Assembly: GCA_963796915.1 (NCBI GenBank)
Contig: CAWCNI010000004.1
Span: 2,693,419 to 2,757,418 of the forward strand
DNA length: 64,000 nt
Direction of reading: 5' to 3'
Source of the DNA: Vicinamibacteria bacterium
Lineage (GTDB): Bacteria > Acidobacteriota > Vicinamibacteria > Vicinamibacterales > JAENWD01
Under the pieces are notes generated by a model, which saw only the letters and a list, made by a program, of their open reading frames with translations, did no database searches and had not been told where the DNA came from. Positions 9,742-19,728 of the stretch are shown here, in pieces; the stretch's first letter is position 1, and every line of letters begins with the position of its first letter. The position numbers were made by a program, and so were the translations under genes.

Positions 9742-10628
9742 CCTCGCGCTCGCGCTTTCGCTGAGCGCGTGCAACAACTTCTACGAGGTGCCGATCGAGA
9801 CGCCGATCCAGCCCAAGATGGACGTGTCGCCGTTCCAGCGCGTGCTGATCGCCGGCTTCCTCGCCGGCGGGTCGGAAGACGTCGACGCGAACCTCGAGAC
9901 CGTGAGGCTGCTGCGCAGCCAGCTGCGATCGAAGTCCACGCTGAAAGTGATCGACGCCGACGTGTTGCCGCTGCTGGAGCTGGCCAACGAGCAGCGCACC
10001 GACAAGCCGGGCGACGATGCGGCCGCGCCCGCTGCGGGCAGTGCAGGCGCGACGGCCTCGCCGGCGTCGACGACAGCCTCACCGGCCTCCCCCGCCGCAA
10101 ACGGACAGTCCACGCCCGCGCCTGTTCCGGCGTCGGCGCCGGCACCAGCCGCGACCGGCGGCAAGGGGAAGGCAGCGGCCGACTCGCTGCCCCATATCCG
10201 CGACGAGAAGGACCTCACGCCGCTCGAGGGCATCTTCGCGAACGTGGAGTACTGGAAGAAGATCGGCGAGGAGTATCAGAACCCGCTGATCGTCACCGGG
10301 TCGGTGCTGTTCACCGCGCACGCGCGATCGGGCTTCGTGCAGCGCGAGCAGGAAGTGATCGACCAGGTCGGCCGCCGCCGCGTCGTCCCCGTGCGCACGT
10401 ATCAGGAGCGCAAGGGGTTCATCCTGCAGCCAAAGTTCATTTTCATCGACGGCCGCACGGGCACCACCCTCTACTCCGAGAGCTACCGGGAAGAAGTGCT
10501 CTACAGCCCGCAGCAGTCCACGCCGGCCCTGTCCTCGGTACTTCGAGCTGATGGACCGCCTGGTTCCAAGCTTCCTGAGCACGCTCAGCACGCAGAAGAT
10601 CAAGGGGTCGAGGATTCTGCTCAAGTAG
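9710..10628 (+). pseudogene. lipoprotein of unknown function (Ala/Pro/Ser-rich linker), interrupted by a 1-nt frameshift near 10538
   Basis: Lipobox LALSLSAC. After ...QQSTPALSS the annotated frame becomes junk. Skipping the g at 10538 gives YFELMDRLVPSFLSTLSTQKIKGSRILLK-TAG (stop 10626-10628), a far more protein-like C-terminus. Confidence 0.65.
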
Positions 10629-10853
10629 CGTTGAGGGCCCCGGGGGCAGGGGTGGCGCGTGCAGGGGGGACAGGGTTCAGGGGGCGAAAGCCGGCCCCTG
10701 GACGACCCACGGTGCACCTTGAACCCGCATAAGCCCGGCACCCCGCACCCTGCCACCCACTAGTAGACCACCCGTCCGTCCCCTGATATACTGAATCCTT
10801 TGTCCCAGCCGGAAACTCCCGGGCGGGGGCGCAAGCTTCGAAGGAGTCTGGAC

Positions 10854-11168
10854 GTGTACACGATTATCCAGAGTGGCGGACGGCAGGTAAAAGTCACGCC
10901 GGGAACCCTGGTGGACGTCGATCACTTCGCCGCGACCGCGGGCGAAGAAGTGTCGGTCACCAACGTGTTGTTCGTCGCGCAGGACGGCGGCGAGGTCATC
11001 GCCGGCGCGCCGTACGTGACCGGTGCCAGGGTCGTGGCTGTCGTCGAGGGCGAGAGCCGCGGGCCGAAGATTCGCGTGTTCAAGAAGAAGCGCCGCAAGG
11101 GCATGCGCCGGACACGCGGTCACCGGAGCGTCTACACGCGGCTCCGCGTGAAGGAGATTGTGATCTAG
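10854..11168 (+). CDS. rplU: 50S ribosomal protein L21
   Basis: [17 protein letters not shown]...[32 protein letters not shown] start at 10854 with AAGGAG 7 nt upstream. Confidence 0.95.
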   Translation: MYTIIQSGGRQVKVTPGTLVDVDHFAATAGEEVSVTNVLFVAQDGGEVIAGAPYVTGARVVAVVEGESRGPKIRVFKKKRRKGMRRTRGHRSVYTRLRVKEIVI

Positions 11169-11170
11169 CC

Positions 11171-11428
11171 ATGGCAACCAAAAAAGGACAAGGCAGCTCG
11201 CGCAACGGCCGCGACAGCAACTCGCAGCGGCTGGGCGTCAAGCGTCACGACGGCAACACCGTCACCGGCGGATCGATCCTGGTCCGCCAGCGCGGCCGGC
11301 GGTTCAAGCCCGGCCTGAATGTCGGCCTCGGCAAGGACGACACGCTGTTTGCCAAGGTGGCGGGCAAGGTGAAGTTCGAAGACCACGGCTCGCGCGGCCG
11401 CTACATCAGCGTGCACCCCGTCGAATAA
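11171..11428 (+). CDS. rpmA: 50S ribosomal protein L27
   Basis: [61 protein letters not shown] is near-consensus L27. Confidence 0.97.
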   Translation: MATKKGQGSSRNGRDSNSQRLGVKRHDGNTVTGGSILVRQRGRRFKPGLNVGLGKDDTLFAKVAGKVKFEDHGSRGRYISVHPVE

Positions 11429-11450
11429 CGACCGGGTTGTCGCAATCCCA

Positions 11451-11489
11451 GGGGCGCGCGGACACGAGCCGTGCGCCCCATTTTTATTT
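11451..11489 (+). terminator. rho-independent terminator/attenuator between rpmA and obg
   Basis: 11-bp stem GGGGCGCGCGG / CCGTGCGCCCC with one G-U pair and a 7-nt loop, followed by ATTTTTATTT. Confidence 0.7.
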
Positions 11490-11543
11490 CGGCGTGCCAT
11501 CGTCACTCGTCAGTCTGCCATCGTCGATTCGGCAATCCCCCCA

Positions 11544-12743
11544 ATGTTCGTAGATGAAGTCGAAATTGACGTAGCGGCCGGCGACGGCGGGCGCGGGGCG
11601 ATGAGCTTCCGGCGCGAGAAGTTCGTACCTCGCGGCGGCCCGGACGGCGGCAACGGCGGCGACGGCGGCTCGGTCTACCTGGTCGCCAGCGCGCACTTCA
11701 ACACGCTCGTGAAGTACCGCTTCCACCCCGAGCACGCGGCGGATCGCGGCCGCGGCGGCAGCGGCGCCAATCGCACCGGCGCCAACGGCAAGGACCTCGA
11801 GCTCGACGTGCCCATCGGCACGCTCGTCTACGGGCGTATCGCCGAGACGAGTGTCGACGAAGCGGCCGAGGACGAGGCGGCAGAGGACGAGGTGCCGGCC
11901 CCGCGCAAGCGCGGCCGCCGCCGCAGCAAGCCGGAGTTCGAGCCGACGGTGCCAGACGACGCCGAATGGCACCTCATCGCGGACCTCGCCGAGGACGGAC
12001 AGCGCGTGATGATCGCGCGCGGCGGCAAGGGCGGGCTCGGCAACGCGTTTTTCGCCACCTCCACCAATCGCGCGCCGCGCAAGTGGCAGCCGGGACTGCC
12101 GGGCGAGGTCCTGAAGATCAAGCTGCACCTGAAGCTGCTCGCCGACGTCGGGCTCGTCGGCTATCCCAACGCCGGCAAGTCCACGCTCATCTCGCGCATC
12201 TCCGCCGCGCGGCCGAAGATCGCCAACTACCCGTTCACGACCCTGACGCCCAACCTCGGCGTCGTGACGATGAGCGGCGACCGCAGCTTCGTGGTGGCCG
12301 ATGTCCCCGGCCTCATCGAAGGCGCGCACGACGGCCACGGCCTCGGCGATCGATTCCTGAAGCACCTGGAGCGCACCAAGGTGCTGATCCACCTCGTCGA
12401 CGTGTCGGGGCTCTCGGGCCGCGACCCCCTGGACGACCTCGAGATTCTCCGGCGCGAGCTGGCGCTGTTTGACGCCGCGCTCGCGAGCAAGCCGCAGCTG
12501 GTGGCCGCGACGAAGATGGACGCCGTCGTCGACGACACGCTGGTCGGACCGCTCGAAGCAAAGGCGCAGTCGCTTGGCCTGCCCTTCTTCAAGATCTCCG
12601 CCGTGGCCGGCGACGGGCTCGACGTGCTGCTCGAAGCCGTGTGGAAAGTGCTGGCCGAGGCGCGTGACGCCGAAGCGGCGGCGCGCGTCATCGCGCCTCC
12701 CACTTTGCCGTCAGACCCTGCTATGCTGAATTCGCGCGAATGA
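11544..12743 (+). CDS. obgE: GTPase Obg/CgtA, with a ~40-aa charged insertion in the N-terminal Obg fold
   Basis: MFVDEVEIDVAAGDGGRGAMSFRREKFVPRGGPDGGNGGDGGSV, then G1 GYPNAGKST, DVPGLIEGA, and a C-terminal region. Confidence 0.95.
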   Translation: MFVDEVEIDVAAGDGGRGAMSFRREKFVPRGGPDGGNGGDGGSVYLVASAHFNTLVKYRFHPEHAADRGRGGSGANRTGANGKDLELDVPIGTLVYGRIAETSVDEAAEDEAAEDEVPAPRKRGRRRSKPEFEPTVPDDAEWHLIADLAEDGQRVMIARGGKGGLGNAFFATSTNRAPRKWQPGLPGEVLKIKLHLKLLADVGLVGYPNAGKSTLISRISAARPKIANYPFTTLTPNLGVVTMSGDRSFVVADVPGLIEGAHDGHGLGDRFLKHLERTKVLIHLVDVSGLSGRDPLDDLEILRRELALFDAALASKPQLVAATKMDAVVDDTLVGPLEAKAQSLGLPFFKISAVAGDGLDVLLEAVWKVLAEARDAEAAARVIAPPTLPSDPAMLNSRE

Positions 12744-13471
12744 CGGGGCTCGGCCGCGTTGGCATCCTCGGGGGCACCTTCGACCCCTTTCATGTGGGCC
12801 ACATCGCGGTCGCTCGGGCCGCGCGCACGGCGCTCGCCCTCGACGAAGTCCGCGTCGTCCCTTCCAGCATCCCGCCGCATCGCCCGCAGCCGCGCGCGTC
12901 GCTGTTCCACCGCTTCGCGATGGTCGCGCTCGGCATCGCCAACGAGCCCGGCGTGGTGGTTGACGACATCGAGGCTGTCGCGGACGCGCCGTCGTACACC
13001 GCGGTGACGCTCGAACGCCTGCATACGGCCGGCCTCAGCGCGTCGCAGTTGTTCTTCATCATCGGCGCGGATGCGTTTGCGGAAATTGCCACGTGGCGCG
13101 ACTACCCGCGCGTGCTCGACGCCGCGCACTTCGTCGTGATCTCACGCCGCGGCCGGAGCGCGTCGTCGCTGCCCGCGTCGCTCCCCGCGCTCGCCGCGCG
13201 CATGCGGACGCTTCCCGCGGCGCCGGCCGGCGCGGCGCCGTCATTCGAGAAGCCGTCGATTCTGCTGCTGGATGCGGCGACACCGGACGTGTCGGCTACC
13301 GCAATCCGGCAGCGTGCCGCCGACGGCGCGCCACTCGACGCGCTGGTCGATCCGCTGGTCGCCGGGCACATCAAACGGCATCATCTGTATCGGGTCAGCA
13401 CAGTGTCTTCCTCCCCCGCCGCCGGGCACACGAAGGCGGCCAGCGAGTTGCATGAGCAAAAGTACGTCTAA
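12740..13471 (+). CDS. nadD: nicotinate-nucleotide adenylyltransferase
   Basis: VGILGGTFDPFHVGHIAVA (the (H/T)xGH motif), ...FIIGADAF..., ...SATAIR. The ATGA overlap with obg is consistent with an operon. Confidence 0.9.
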   Translation: MTGLGRVGILGGTFDPFHVGHIAVARAARTALALDEVRVVPSSIPPHRPQPRASLFHRFAMVALGIANEPGVVVDDIEAVADAPSYTAVTLERLHTAGLSASQLFFIIGADAFAEIATWRDYPRVLDAAHFVVISRRGRSASSLPASLPALAARMRTLPAAPAGAAPSFEKPSILLLDAATPDVSATAIRQRAADGAPLDALVDPLVAGHIKRHHLYRVSTVSSSPAAGHTKAASELHEQKYV

Positions 13472-13871
13472 GCGCGTGGCCAGGCCGAAGAAGCCGGCGC
13501 TGCCGGCGCAGGTCATCGAAGCCGTCAAGGCCGCCGTCTCGAAGAAGGCGGAGCAGCTGTCGGTGCTCGACCTGCGCAAGGCCGCCGGGTTCACGGACTT
13601 CTTCGTGATTGCCACCGGCGCCAACGCGCGCCAGATCCGGGCGATCGCGGAAGGCGTGGAAGACGCGCTGCTGAAGCTGCACGTGAAGCCGTCGCACACG
13701 GAGGGCTACGAGCGTACCGGGTGGATCCTGCTCGACTACTTCGACTTCGTGGTCCACGTGTTCAGCGGCGACACGCGCGCCTTCTACGGCCTCGAGCGCC
13801 TGTGGGGCAGCGCTGTCACGGTGGACGTGTCGTCGCTCACCGACGACCCTCCAGCCGCGCGTCGCGCCTAG
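13452..13871 (+). CDS. rsfS: ribosome silencing factor RsfS (iojap family)
   Basis: LDLRKAAGFTDFFVIATGANARQIRAIAEGVEDAL...GWILLDYFDFVVHVFSGDTRAFYGLERLW. ATG at 13452. Confidence 0.9.
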   Translation: MSKSTSKRVARPKKPALPAQVIEAVKAAVSKKAEQLSVLDLRKAAGFTDFFVIATGANARQIRAIAEGVEDALLKLHVKPSHTEGYERTGWILLDYFDFVVHVFSGDTRAFYGLERLWGSAVTVDVSSLTDDPPAARRA

Positions 13872-13899
13872 ATTACCGCTCGACGGGGGCGCGCCGCCC

Positions 13900-14626
13900 A
13901 TGCGCGCGCTGATCGACGTCGCCGTCGCCACGCTGCTGGCGCCGCCCTGCGTGTCGTGCGGCGCCGTCCTCGATTCCACGCTGTCGCCGGCGTGTCCCGG
14001 TTGCTGGCGCAACCTTCATCTCATCCAGCCACCTGCGTGCCTGCGCTGCGGGGCGGCGCTGCCGTCGCCGAACGGGCACGCGGCGTGCCCGGCCGCGACC
14101 TCGGCGATCGCGCGTGCGGCGGCGCTGGGCCCCTACGAGGGGGTCTTGCGCGACGTGATTCACGCGTTCAAGTACCGACGGCCGGCGATCGCTGGCGGTC
14201 GCGCTGGCAGGACGGCTGCCCGCTCCAGCGCTGGAGCTCGTCGAGGCGGCGGACGCGCTGGTGCCGGTCCCGTTGCACGCGTGGCGGCACTGGCGTCGCG
14301 GCTTCAACCAGGCCGACGACCTGGCGATCGCCGTCGGCCGCGTGACTGGCCGTCCTGTCTGGCGCGTGCTCCGGCGTGCTCGCGCGACCCGATCGCAGGC
14401 GGCCCTGGACGCCGCGGCCCGGCGCAGGAATGTGGACGGCGCGTTCGCGCTCTCGGGATGGACCCTCCGCTGGCGATCGCGAACAGCGGCCCGCGTCTCG
14501 GATCGCGTCCTCGTGCTGATTGACGACGTGGCCACGACGGGCGCGACACTGGAGGCCTGCGCGCAGGTGCTCGTGGGGTGCGGCGCGCGCGAGGTGCGCG
14601 CGCTGACGCTGGCGCGCGTGACCTGA
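13900..14626 (+). pseudogene. comF: ComF family protein (phosphoribosyltransferase domain), interrupted by a 1-nt frameshift near 14191
   Basis: N-terminal Cys-rich region (CVSCG...CPGCW...CLRCG) in frame 13900. The C-terminal region VPVPLHAWRHWRRGFNQADDLA...VLVLIDDVATTGATLEACA lies in the frame of ORF 14261..14626. The join reads ...FKYRRPAI|g|LAVALAGRL. Confidence 0.8.
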
Positions 14627-14768
14627 CACGCCATCTGGTCCGCGGCACTCAGAATCGCCGGCGCAGCCGATCCACGGGCGCGGCGCGACATCGGCCTTTT
14701 CCAGTGGTATGCTCGGCTGGCTTTCAGGGTCCAGGCTGAAGCCACGGCCTGCGGCCGCCCGCCTGCAC

Positions 14769-15455
14769 ATGCGCATCGCCATCGTCCAGTCCAACTACAT
14801 TCCGTGGAAGGGCTACTTCGACCTGATGCGCTCGGTGGACGAGTTCGTGCTCTTCGACGACGTCCAGTACACGCGGCGCGACTGGCGCAATCGCAACCGG
14901 ATCAAGACCGCGCGCGGACCTGCCTGGCTGACCATCCCTGTGAACACACGGGGCCAGTATCTGAGCCCGATCAAGGACATCACCGTCAGCGACGGCTCGT
15001 GGGGCGCGCAGCACTGGCGAACGATCGCGGCACACTATGCCAGGGCCCCGTACTTCGCCGACTACGCCGAGCGTTTCGAGCGCCTGTATCTGGACAACCA
15101 GGAGACCCGTCTCAGTGCGATCAACCGGAGGTGGCTGGAGGCGTTGTGCGAGATCCTGGGCGTGCGGACCAGGCTGTCCTGGTCGATGAACTATGAGGTC
15201 GTCGAGGGGCGCACCGAGCGCCTGGTCGGCATCTGCCAGCAGGCCGGCGCCGATTGCTACGTGTCCGGCCCCGCCGCTCGCGTCTACCTGGATGCGGAGT
15301 GCTTTCGCTCCGCCGGCATCGAGCTCGAGTACTTCGACTACGACGGCTATCCGGTGTACGACCAGCTGTTTCCGCCGTTCGATCACTTCGTCAGCGCGAT
15401 CGACCTGATCCTCAATCAAGGCCCGAACGCCGCCCACTTCATGCGGCGTCAGTGA
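14769..15455 (+). CDS. WbqC-like family protein (sugar-modification cluster)
   Basis: MRIAIVQSNYIPWKGYFDLMRSVDEFVLFDDVQYTRRDWRNRNRIKT... is the characteristic WbqC N-terminus. Confidence 0.8.
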   Translation: MRIAIVQSNYIPWKGYFDLMRSVDEFVLFDDVQYTRRDWRNRNRIKTARGPAWLTIPVNTRGQYLSPIKDITVSDGSWGAQHWRTIAAHYARAPYFADYAERFERLYLDNQETRLSAINRRWLEALCEILGVRTRLSWSMNYEVVEGRTERLVGICQQAGADCYVSGPAARVYLDAECFRSAGIELEYFDYDGYPVYDQLFPPFDHFVSAIDLILNQGPNAAHFMRRQ

Positions 15456-15457
15456 CC

Positions 15458-16393
15458 ATGCGCCTGTCCATCGTCACCACGCTCTATCAATCGGCGCGTC
15501 ACCTGGACGAATTCCACGCCCGTGTCAGCGCTGCCGCGGCCCGGCTGACGCCGGACTACGAGATTGTGCTCGTCAACGACGGATCGCCGGACGATTCGCT
15601 GGCCGTGGCGCTCACACTGTTCGAACGTGACGATCGCGTCCGGATCGTCGATCTGGCCAGGAATTTCGGCCATCACAAGGCGATGATGACCGGCCTGGCC
15701 GAGGCGCGGGGCGACCTGGTCTTCCTGATTGACTCCGATCTCGAGGAGGCGCCAGAGCTGCTGACAGAGTTCGCCGACGCCATGCAGGACGGTCGGGCGG
15801 ACGTCGTCTACGGCGTCCAGGATCGGCGCCGGGGCGGTCTCGTCGAACGCGTGAGCGGCTGGCTGTTCTTCAGGCTGTTCAACCTGCTGTCGGAGCAGCA
15901 GATTCCAGAGAACCTCGTCACGGTGCGCCTGATGACCCGGCGTTACGTCTCAGCGCTCGTCTCCCACAAAGAGCGCAAGACGATGATCGCGGGGCTCTGG
16001 GCCCTCACCGGCTTCACCCAGATCGCCCGGACGATCGCCAAGGGCGCCAAGGGCCACACGGCGTACAGCTTCACGCACAAGGTGTCCCTGCTCGTCGACT
16101 CGATCACCTCGTTCAGCGACCGCCCGCTGATCCTGATCTTCTATCTTGGGCTGGCGATCGGCGGCACCTCGTCGCTGGCGGCCGTGTATCTCGTCGTGCG
16201 CCGCCTGTTTTTCGGCGTGGCGCTCCCCGGGTGGCCGTCGCTCATCGTCTCGGTGTGGATGCTCGGCGGGCTGATGCTGATCTGCCTGGGCATCATCGGC
16301 ATCTACCTGTCGAAGATTTTCATCGAGACGAAACAGCGGCCGTACACGATCGTCCGGCAGATTTACGAACGGGACGCGCAGGGACGTGTCTGA
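15458..16393 (+). CDS. GT2 polyprenyl-phosphate glycosyltransferase (GtrB/ArnC/DPM1-like)
   Basis: LSIVTTLYQSARHLDEF...VLVNDGSPDDS...DSDLEE (DxD-type), and two C-terminal TM helices (PLILIFYLGLAIGGTSSLAAVYLVV, LIVSVWMLGGLMLICLGIIGIYL) as in GtrB/ArnC. Confidence 0.8.
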   Translation: MRLSIVTTLYQSARHLDEFHARVSAAAARLTPDYEIVLVNDGSPDDSLAVALTLFERDDRVRIVDLARNFGHHKAMMTGLAEARGDLVFLIDSDLEEAPELLTEFADAMQDGRADVVYGVQDRRRGGLVERVSGWLFFRLFNLLSEQQIPENLVTVRLMTRRYVSALVSHKERKTMIAGLWALTGFTQIARTIAKGAKGHTAYSFTHKVSLLVDSITSFSDRPLILIFYLGLAIGGTSSLAAVYLVVRRLFFGVALPGWPSLIVSVWMLGGLMLICLGIIGIYLSKIFIETKQRPYTIVRQIYERDAQGRV

Positions 16394-17018
16394 GACGATC
16401 CGCCAGGCTGTTGGCCGTTACTACGAAGGCCGGCTCAGTCAGTTCGGGCCGACGCCGCGCGGCGTTGACTGGAACTCGGCGGAGTCGCAGGCGCTGCGCT
16501 TCGACAAGCTCCTCGATTTGATTGTCACGAGTCATGACCAGGACGACACGGCGGTGTCGCTGCTTGACGTCGGCTGTGGCTATGGCGCCCTGCTCGATCA
16601 TCTGAATGCCCTCGGGCTCGCCGTCGACTATCGCGGCTTCGACCTGAGCGAGGCCATGGTTGACGCCGCGCGTGCCAGGCACGAGGCGGCGCGGGATGCG
16701 TTCACGTCCAGCGCGGCCGCGCTCGAGCCGGCGTCGTTCGCCGTGGCGAGCGGCATCTTCAACGTGAAATTGGGCCATTCCGTGGAGCAGTGGCGCGACT
16801 ACGTCTTCGAGACGCTCGAGTCGCTGCACAGGCTCAGCACGCGAGGGTTTGCGTTCAACATGCTGTCCACCTATTCGGATCCGGAGAAGCGCCGGGAGGA
16901 CCTGTTCTATGCCGATCCGTGTGAGATGTTCGACCGGTGCAAGCGCCGGTTCGCCGCACGTGTCGCGCTCCTGCACGACTATCCGCTGTTCGAATTCACT
17001 GTCCTCGTGAGAAAGTAG
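16386..17018 (+). CDS. class I SAM-dependent methyltransferase
   Basis: Motif I LLDVGCGYGALLDHL. 210 aa, overlapping the GT2 gene by 8 nt. Confidence 0.7.
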   Translation: MSETIRQAVGRYYEGRLSQFGPTPRGVDWNSAESQALRFDKLLDLIVTSHDQDDTAVSLLDVGCGYGALLDHLNALGLAVDYRGFDLSEAMVDAARARHEAARDAFTSSAAALEPASFAVASGIFNVKLGHSVEQWRDYVFETLESLHRLSTRGFAFNMLSTYSDPEKRREDLFYADPCEMFDRCKRRFAARVALLHDYPLFEFTVLVRK

Positions 17019-17022
17019 CGAC

Positions 17023-17682
17023 ATGGCGAAGATCGTCATCTTCGGCGCCGGAGACATCGCCAGACTTGCCGACTTCTACTTTTCAACGGACTCGGAACAC
17101 GAGGTGGTCGCCTTCACCGTTGATGCCGGGTATCTGACCGGAGAGACGTTCCTCGATCGGCCGTTGCTGCCGTTCGATCAGGTAGCGTCGGCATATCCGC
17201 CGTCGTCGCACAAGATGTTCGTCGCCCTCAGCTACGCGAAGATGAACCAGGTACGCGAAGCGAAGTGCCTCGACGCCAGGGCTGCCGGATACGATCTCGT
17301 CAGCTACGTGAGCAGCCGCTGCTCCTTCCTCACCCGGTATCCGACCGGCGACAACTGCTTCATCCTCGAGGACAACACGGTGCAGCCGTTCGTGCGCATC
17401 GGCAACAACGTCACCTTGTGGAGCGGCAATCACATCGGCCACGATTCGACCATCGGCGATCACTCGTTCGTCAGCTCACACGTCGTCGTGTCCGGGCACG
17501 TGCAGATGGGCTCCAACTGCTTCGTCGGCGTGAATGCGACGATCGGCAACGGCGTCACCGTCGCGCCGTTCACACTGGTCGGGGCGGGCGCCTTGATCAT
17601 GAAGGACACGACGGCGCGCTCGGTGTTCGTGCCCGGCCGCACCGAGCCGTTCCGGAAGACCAGCGACCAGATCGACCTGTAG
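17023..17682 (+). CDS. NeuD/PglD-like sugar N/O-acetyltransferase (left-handed beta-helix)
   Basis: N-terminal Rossmann-like KIVIFGAGDIARLADFY..., then hexapeptide repeats (IGNNVTLWSGNHIGHDSTIGDHSFVSSHVVVSGHVQMGSNCFVGVNATIGNGVTV). Confidence 0.8.
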   Translation: MAKIVIFGAGDIARLADFYFSTDSEHEVVAFTVDAGYLTGETFLDRPLLPFDQVASAYPPSSHKMFVALSYAKMNQVREAKCLDARAAGYDLVSYVSSRCSFLTRYPTGDNCFILEDNTVQPFVRIGNNVTLWSGNHIGHDSTIGDHSFVSSHVVVSGHVQMGSNCFVGVNATIGNGVTVAPFTLVGAGALIMKDTTARSVFVPGRTEPFRKTSDQIDL

Positions 17683-17687
17683 ACGCC

Positions 17688-18596
17688 ATGCGATGGCTGA
17701 AGCAGGGCCTGATCGTCTCGCCGAATGCTCAGGCTCCCTGGGTCGGCTCGCACGCGGCGTTGCCCATCGTGTCGACGGTGAACGAGCGCCAGCGCATCTA
17801 CTTCAGCTCGCGTGACGCCGGGAACCGCGCGCACATCGGCCACGTCACGCTGTCGCTGATCGACAGCGGCGAGCCCCAGGAGTTCAGCCGGTCGGCGGTG
17901 CTCTCGCCAGGAGCGATCGGCACATTCGACGATGCCGGCGTGACGAGCTCGTGCCTGGTGGAGCACGGCGATCGCCTTTACCTCTTCTACACAGGATGGG
18001 CGCTCGGCGTCAGCGTTCCCTTCTACCTCCATGCTGGCCTGGCGGTCAGCGACGACGGCGGCGAGAGCTTCCGGCGCCTGTCGGACGCGCCGCTGCTGGA
18101 ACGCACCGCTGTCGACGCGTACCTGACGGCGTCGCCGTGGGTGCTCATCGAAGACGGGCTGTGGCGGATGTGGTACGTCTCGGGCACCGAGTGGCAGGTG
18201 ACGCCCGCCGGCCCGCGACATCGCTATCACATCAAGTACGCCGAGTCTCGAGACGGCGTGCGCTGGGACCGGCGCGGCATCGTGTGCATCGACTACCAGT
18301 CGCCGGAGGAGTACGCGTTTGGCCGGCCCTGTGTGATCAAGGACGCGGATCGGTATCGCATGTGGTACTCGCACCGCGGCGAGAGTTACCGGATGGGCTA
18401 CGCCGAGTCACGCGACGGCATCGTCTGGTCGCGCCACGATGACCGATGCGTGCTGGACGTGTCGTCGGACCAGGGCTGGGATGCCGAGATGGTGACGTAT
18501 CCCGTTGTGGCCGACGTGGCCGGCGACAGGTTCATGCTCTACAACGGCAACGGATACGGCCGCACGGGCATCGGCCTCGCGCGACAGGCTGTCTGA
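17688..18596 (+). CDS. hypothetical protein, beta-propeller-like (GH32/43/62/68-superfamily-like repeats)
   Basis: Repeated ...YFSSRD..., LYLFYTGW, WRMWYVSG, YAESRDGVRW, YRMWYSHR and YAESRDGIVW blade-like motifs. ATG at 17688. Function not assignable by eye. Confidence 0.55.
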   Translation: MRWLKQGLIVSPNAQAPWVGSHAALPIVSTVNERQRIYFSSRDAGNRAHIGHVTLSLIDSGEPQEFSRSAVLSPGAIGTFDDAGVTSSCLVEHGDRLYLFYTGWALGVSVPFYLHAGLAVSDDGGESFRRLSDAPLLERTAVDAYLTASPWVLIEDGLWRMWYVSGTEWQVTPAGPRHRYHIKYAESRDGVRWDRRGIVCIDYQSPEEYAFGRPCVIKDADRYRMWYSHRGESYRMGYAESRDGIVWSRHDDRCVLDVSSDQGWDAEMVTYPVVADVAGDRFMLYNGNGYGRTGIGLARQAV

Positions 18597-19728
18597 TGGC
18601 GATGGTCCCATTCAATCGGCCGCGCATCGCGGGACGAGAGTTCGACTACATCCGCGAGGCGATCGACAGGGCGCATCTGGCGAGCGACGGGCAGTTCTCG
18701 CGGCGGTGCGAAGAGTGGCTCGCAGAGACTATCGGATGCCGCCGGGCGCTGCTGACGCATTCCTGCACGGCTGCGCTCGAGATGGCGGCGCTGCTCGCCG
18801 GCATACAGCCGGGCGACGAAGTCATCATGCCGTCGTTCACGTTCGTCTCGACGGCCAACGCGTTCGTCCTCCGCGGCGGCGTGCCGGTGTTTGTCGACAT
18901 CCGCGCCGACACGCTCAATCTCGACGAGGGTCACATCGAGGCCGCCATCACGACGCGTACACGCGCCATCGTGCCGGTGCACTACGCAGGCGTGGCCTGC
19001 GAGATGGACGCCATCATGGCGATTGCGAGCGCGCACGCGCTGCCGGTGATTGAAGACGCCGCCCAGGCGCTGGGGTCCACGTACCGGGGCACTCCGCTCG
19101 GCCGCTTTGGCGTGCTGGCCGCCACCAGCTTTCATGAGACCAAGAACGTCATCTCCGGGGAGGGCGGCGCGCTGTTCGTGAACGACCCGAGTACGTCGAT
19201 CGCGCCGAGATCGTGCGCGAGAAAGGGACCGATCGCCGGCGATTTTCGCGCGGCGAAGTGGACAAATACACGTGGGTCGACGTCGGCTCCTCGTTCGCGC
19301 CGAGCGAGCTGACGGCGGCGTTCCTGTGGGCCCAGATGGAACAGGCGGCGGCGATCCGTGCGGCGCGGCTGGCAATCTGGCGCTGGTATCGGGAGGCGTT
19401 CGCGGCCTTCGAGGAGAAGGGCCTGCTGCGGTGCCCGTACGTCCCGTCGCACTGCGAGCACAACGGGCACATGTTCTACATCCTCCTGAACGATGCCGCC
19501 AGCAGAACGCGTGTCCTCCAGGCCCTGAATGCCGGCGGCATCAACGCCGTGTTCCACTACGTCCCGCTGCACAGCTCGGGGGCCGGCCGCAGATTCGCGC
19601 GGACGGCGGGGCCGCTGCCGCAGACCGCGAGCATCGCGGAGCGCCTGATCAGGCTGCCGATGTGGATTGGGATGACCGAGCGCGACGTGGAACACGCGGC
19701 GACCATCGTCGGCCGCACGGCAGGATGA
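18596..19728 (+). pseudogene. DegT/DnrJ/EryC1/StrS-family sugar aminotransferase (WecE-like), interrupted by a 1-nt deletion near 19189
   Basis: N-terminal frame: MVPFNRPRIAGREFDYIREAI...SCTAALEMAA...IMPSFTFVSTANA...SFHETKNVISGEGGALFVNDP (PLP-Lys context). The continuation EYVDRAEIVREKGTDRRRFSRGEVDKYTWVDVGSSF... lies in ORF 19213..19728. The expected GAC CCG GAG TAC is present as GACCCGAGTAC. Confidence 0.85.

Noticed and set aside
8017-9777. 586-aa ORF as a single gene, and likewise the 581-aa ORF 50851..52596
   Set aside because: Only the C-terminal 378 aa is DprA. The N-terminal extension is antisense to the TPR-protein gene. Likewise only the last 318 aa of 50851..52596 is the DppC-like permease, and the rest overlaps the DppB-like gene out of frame.
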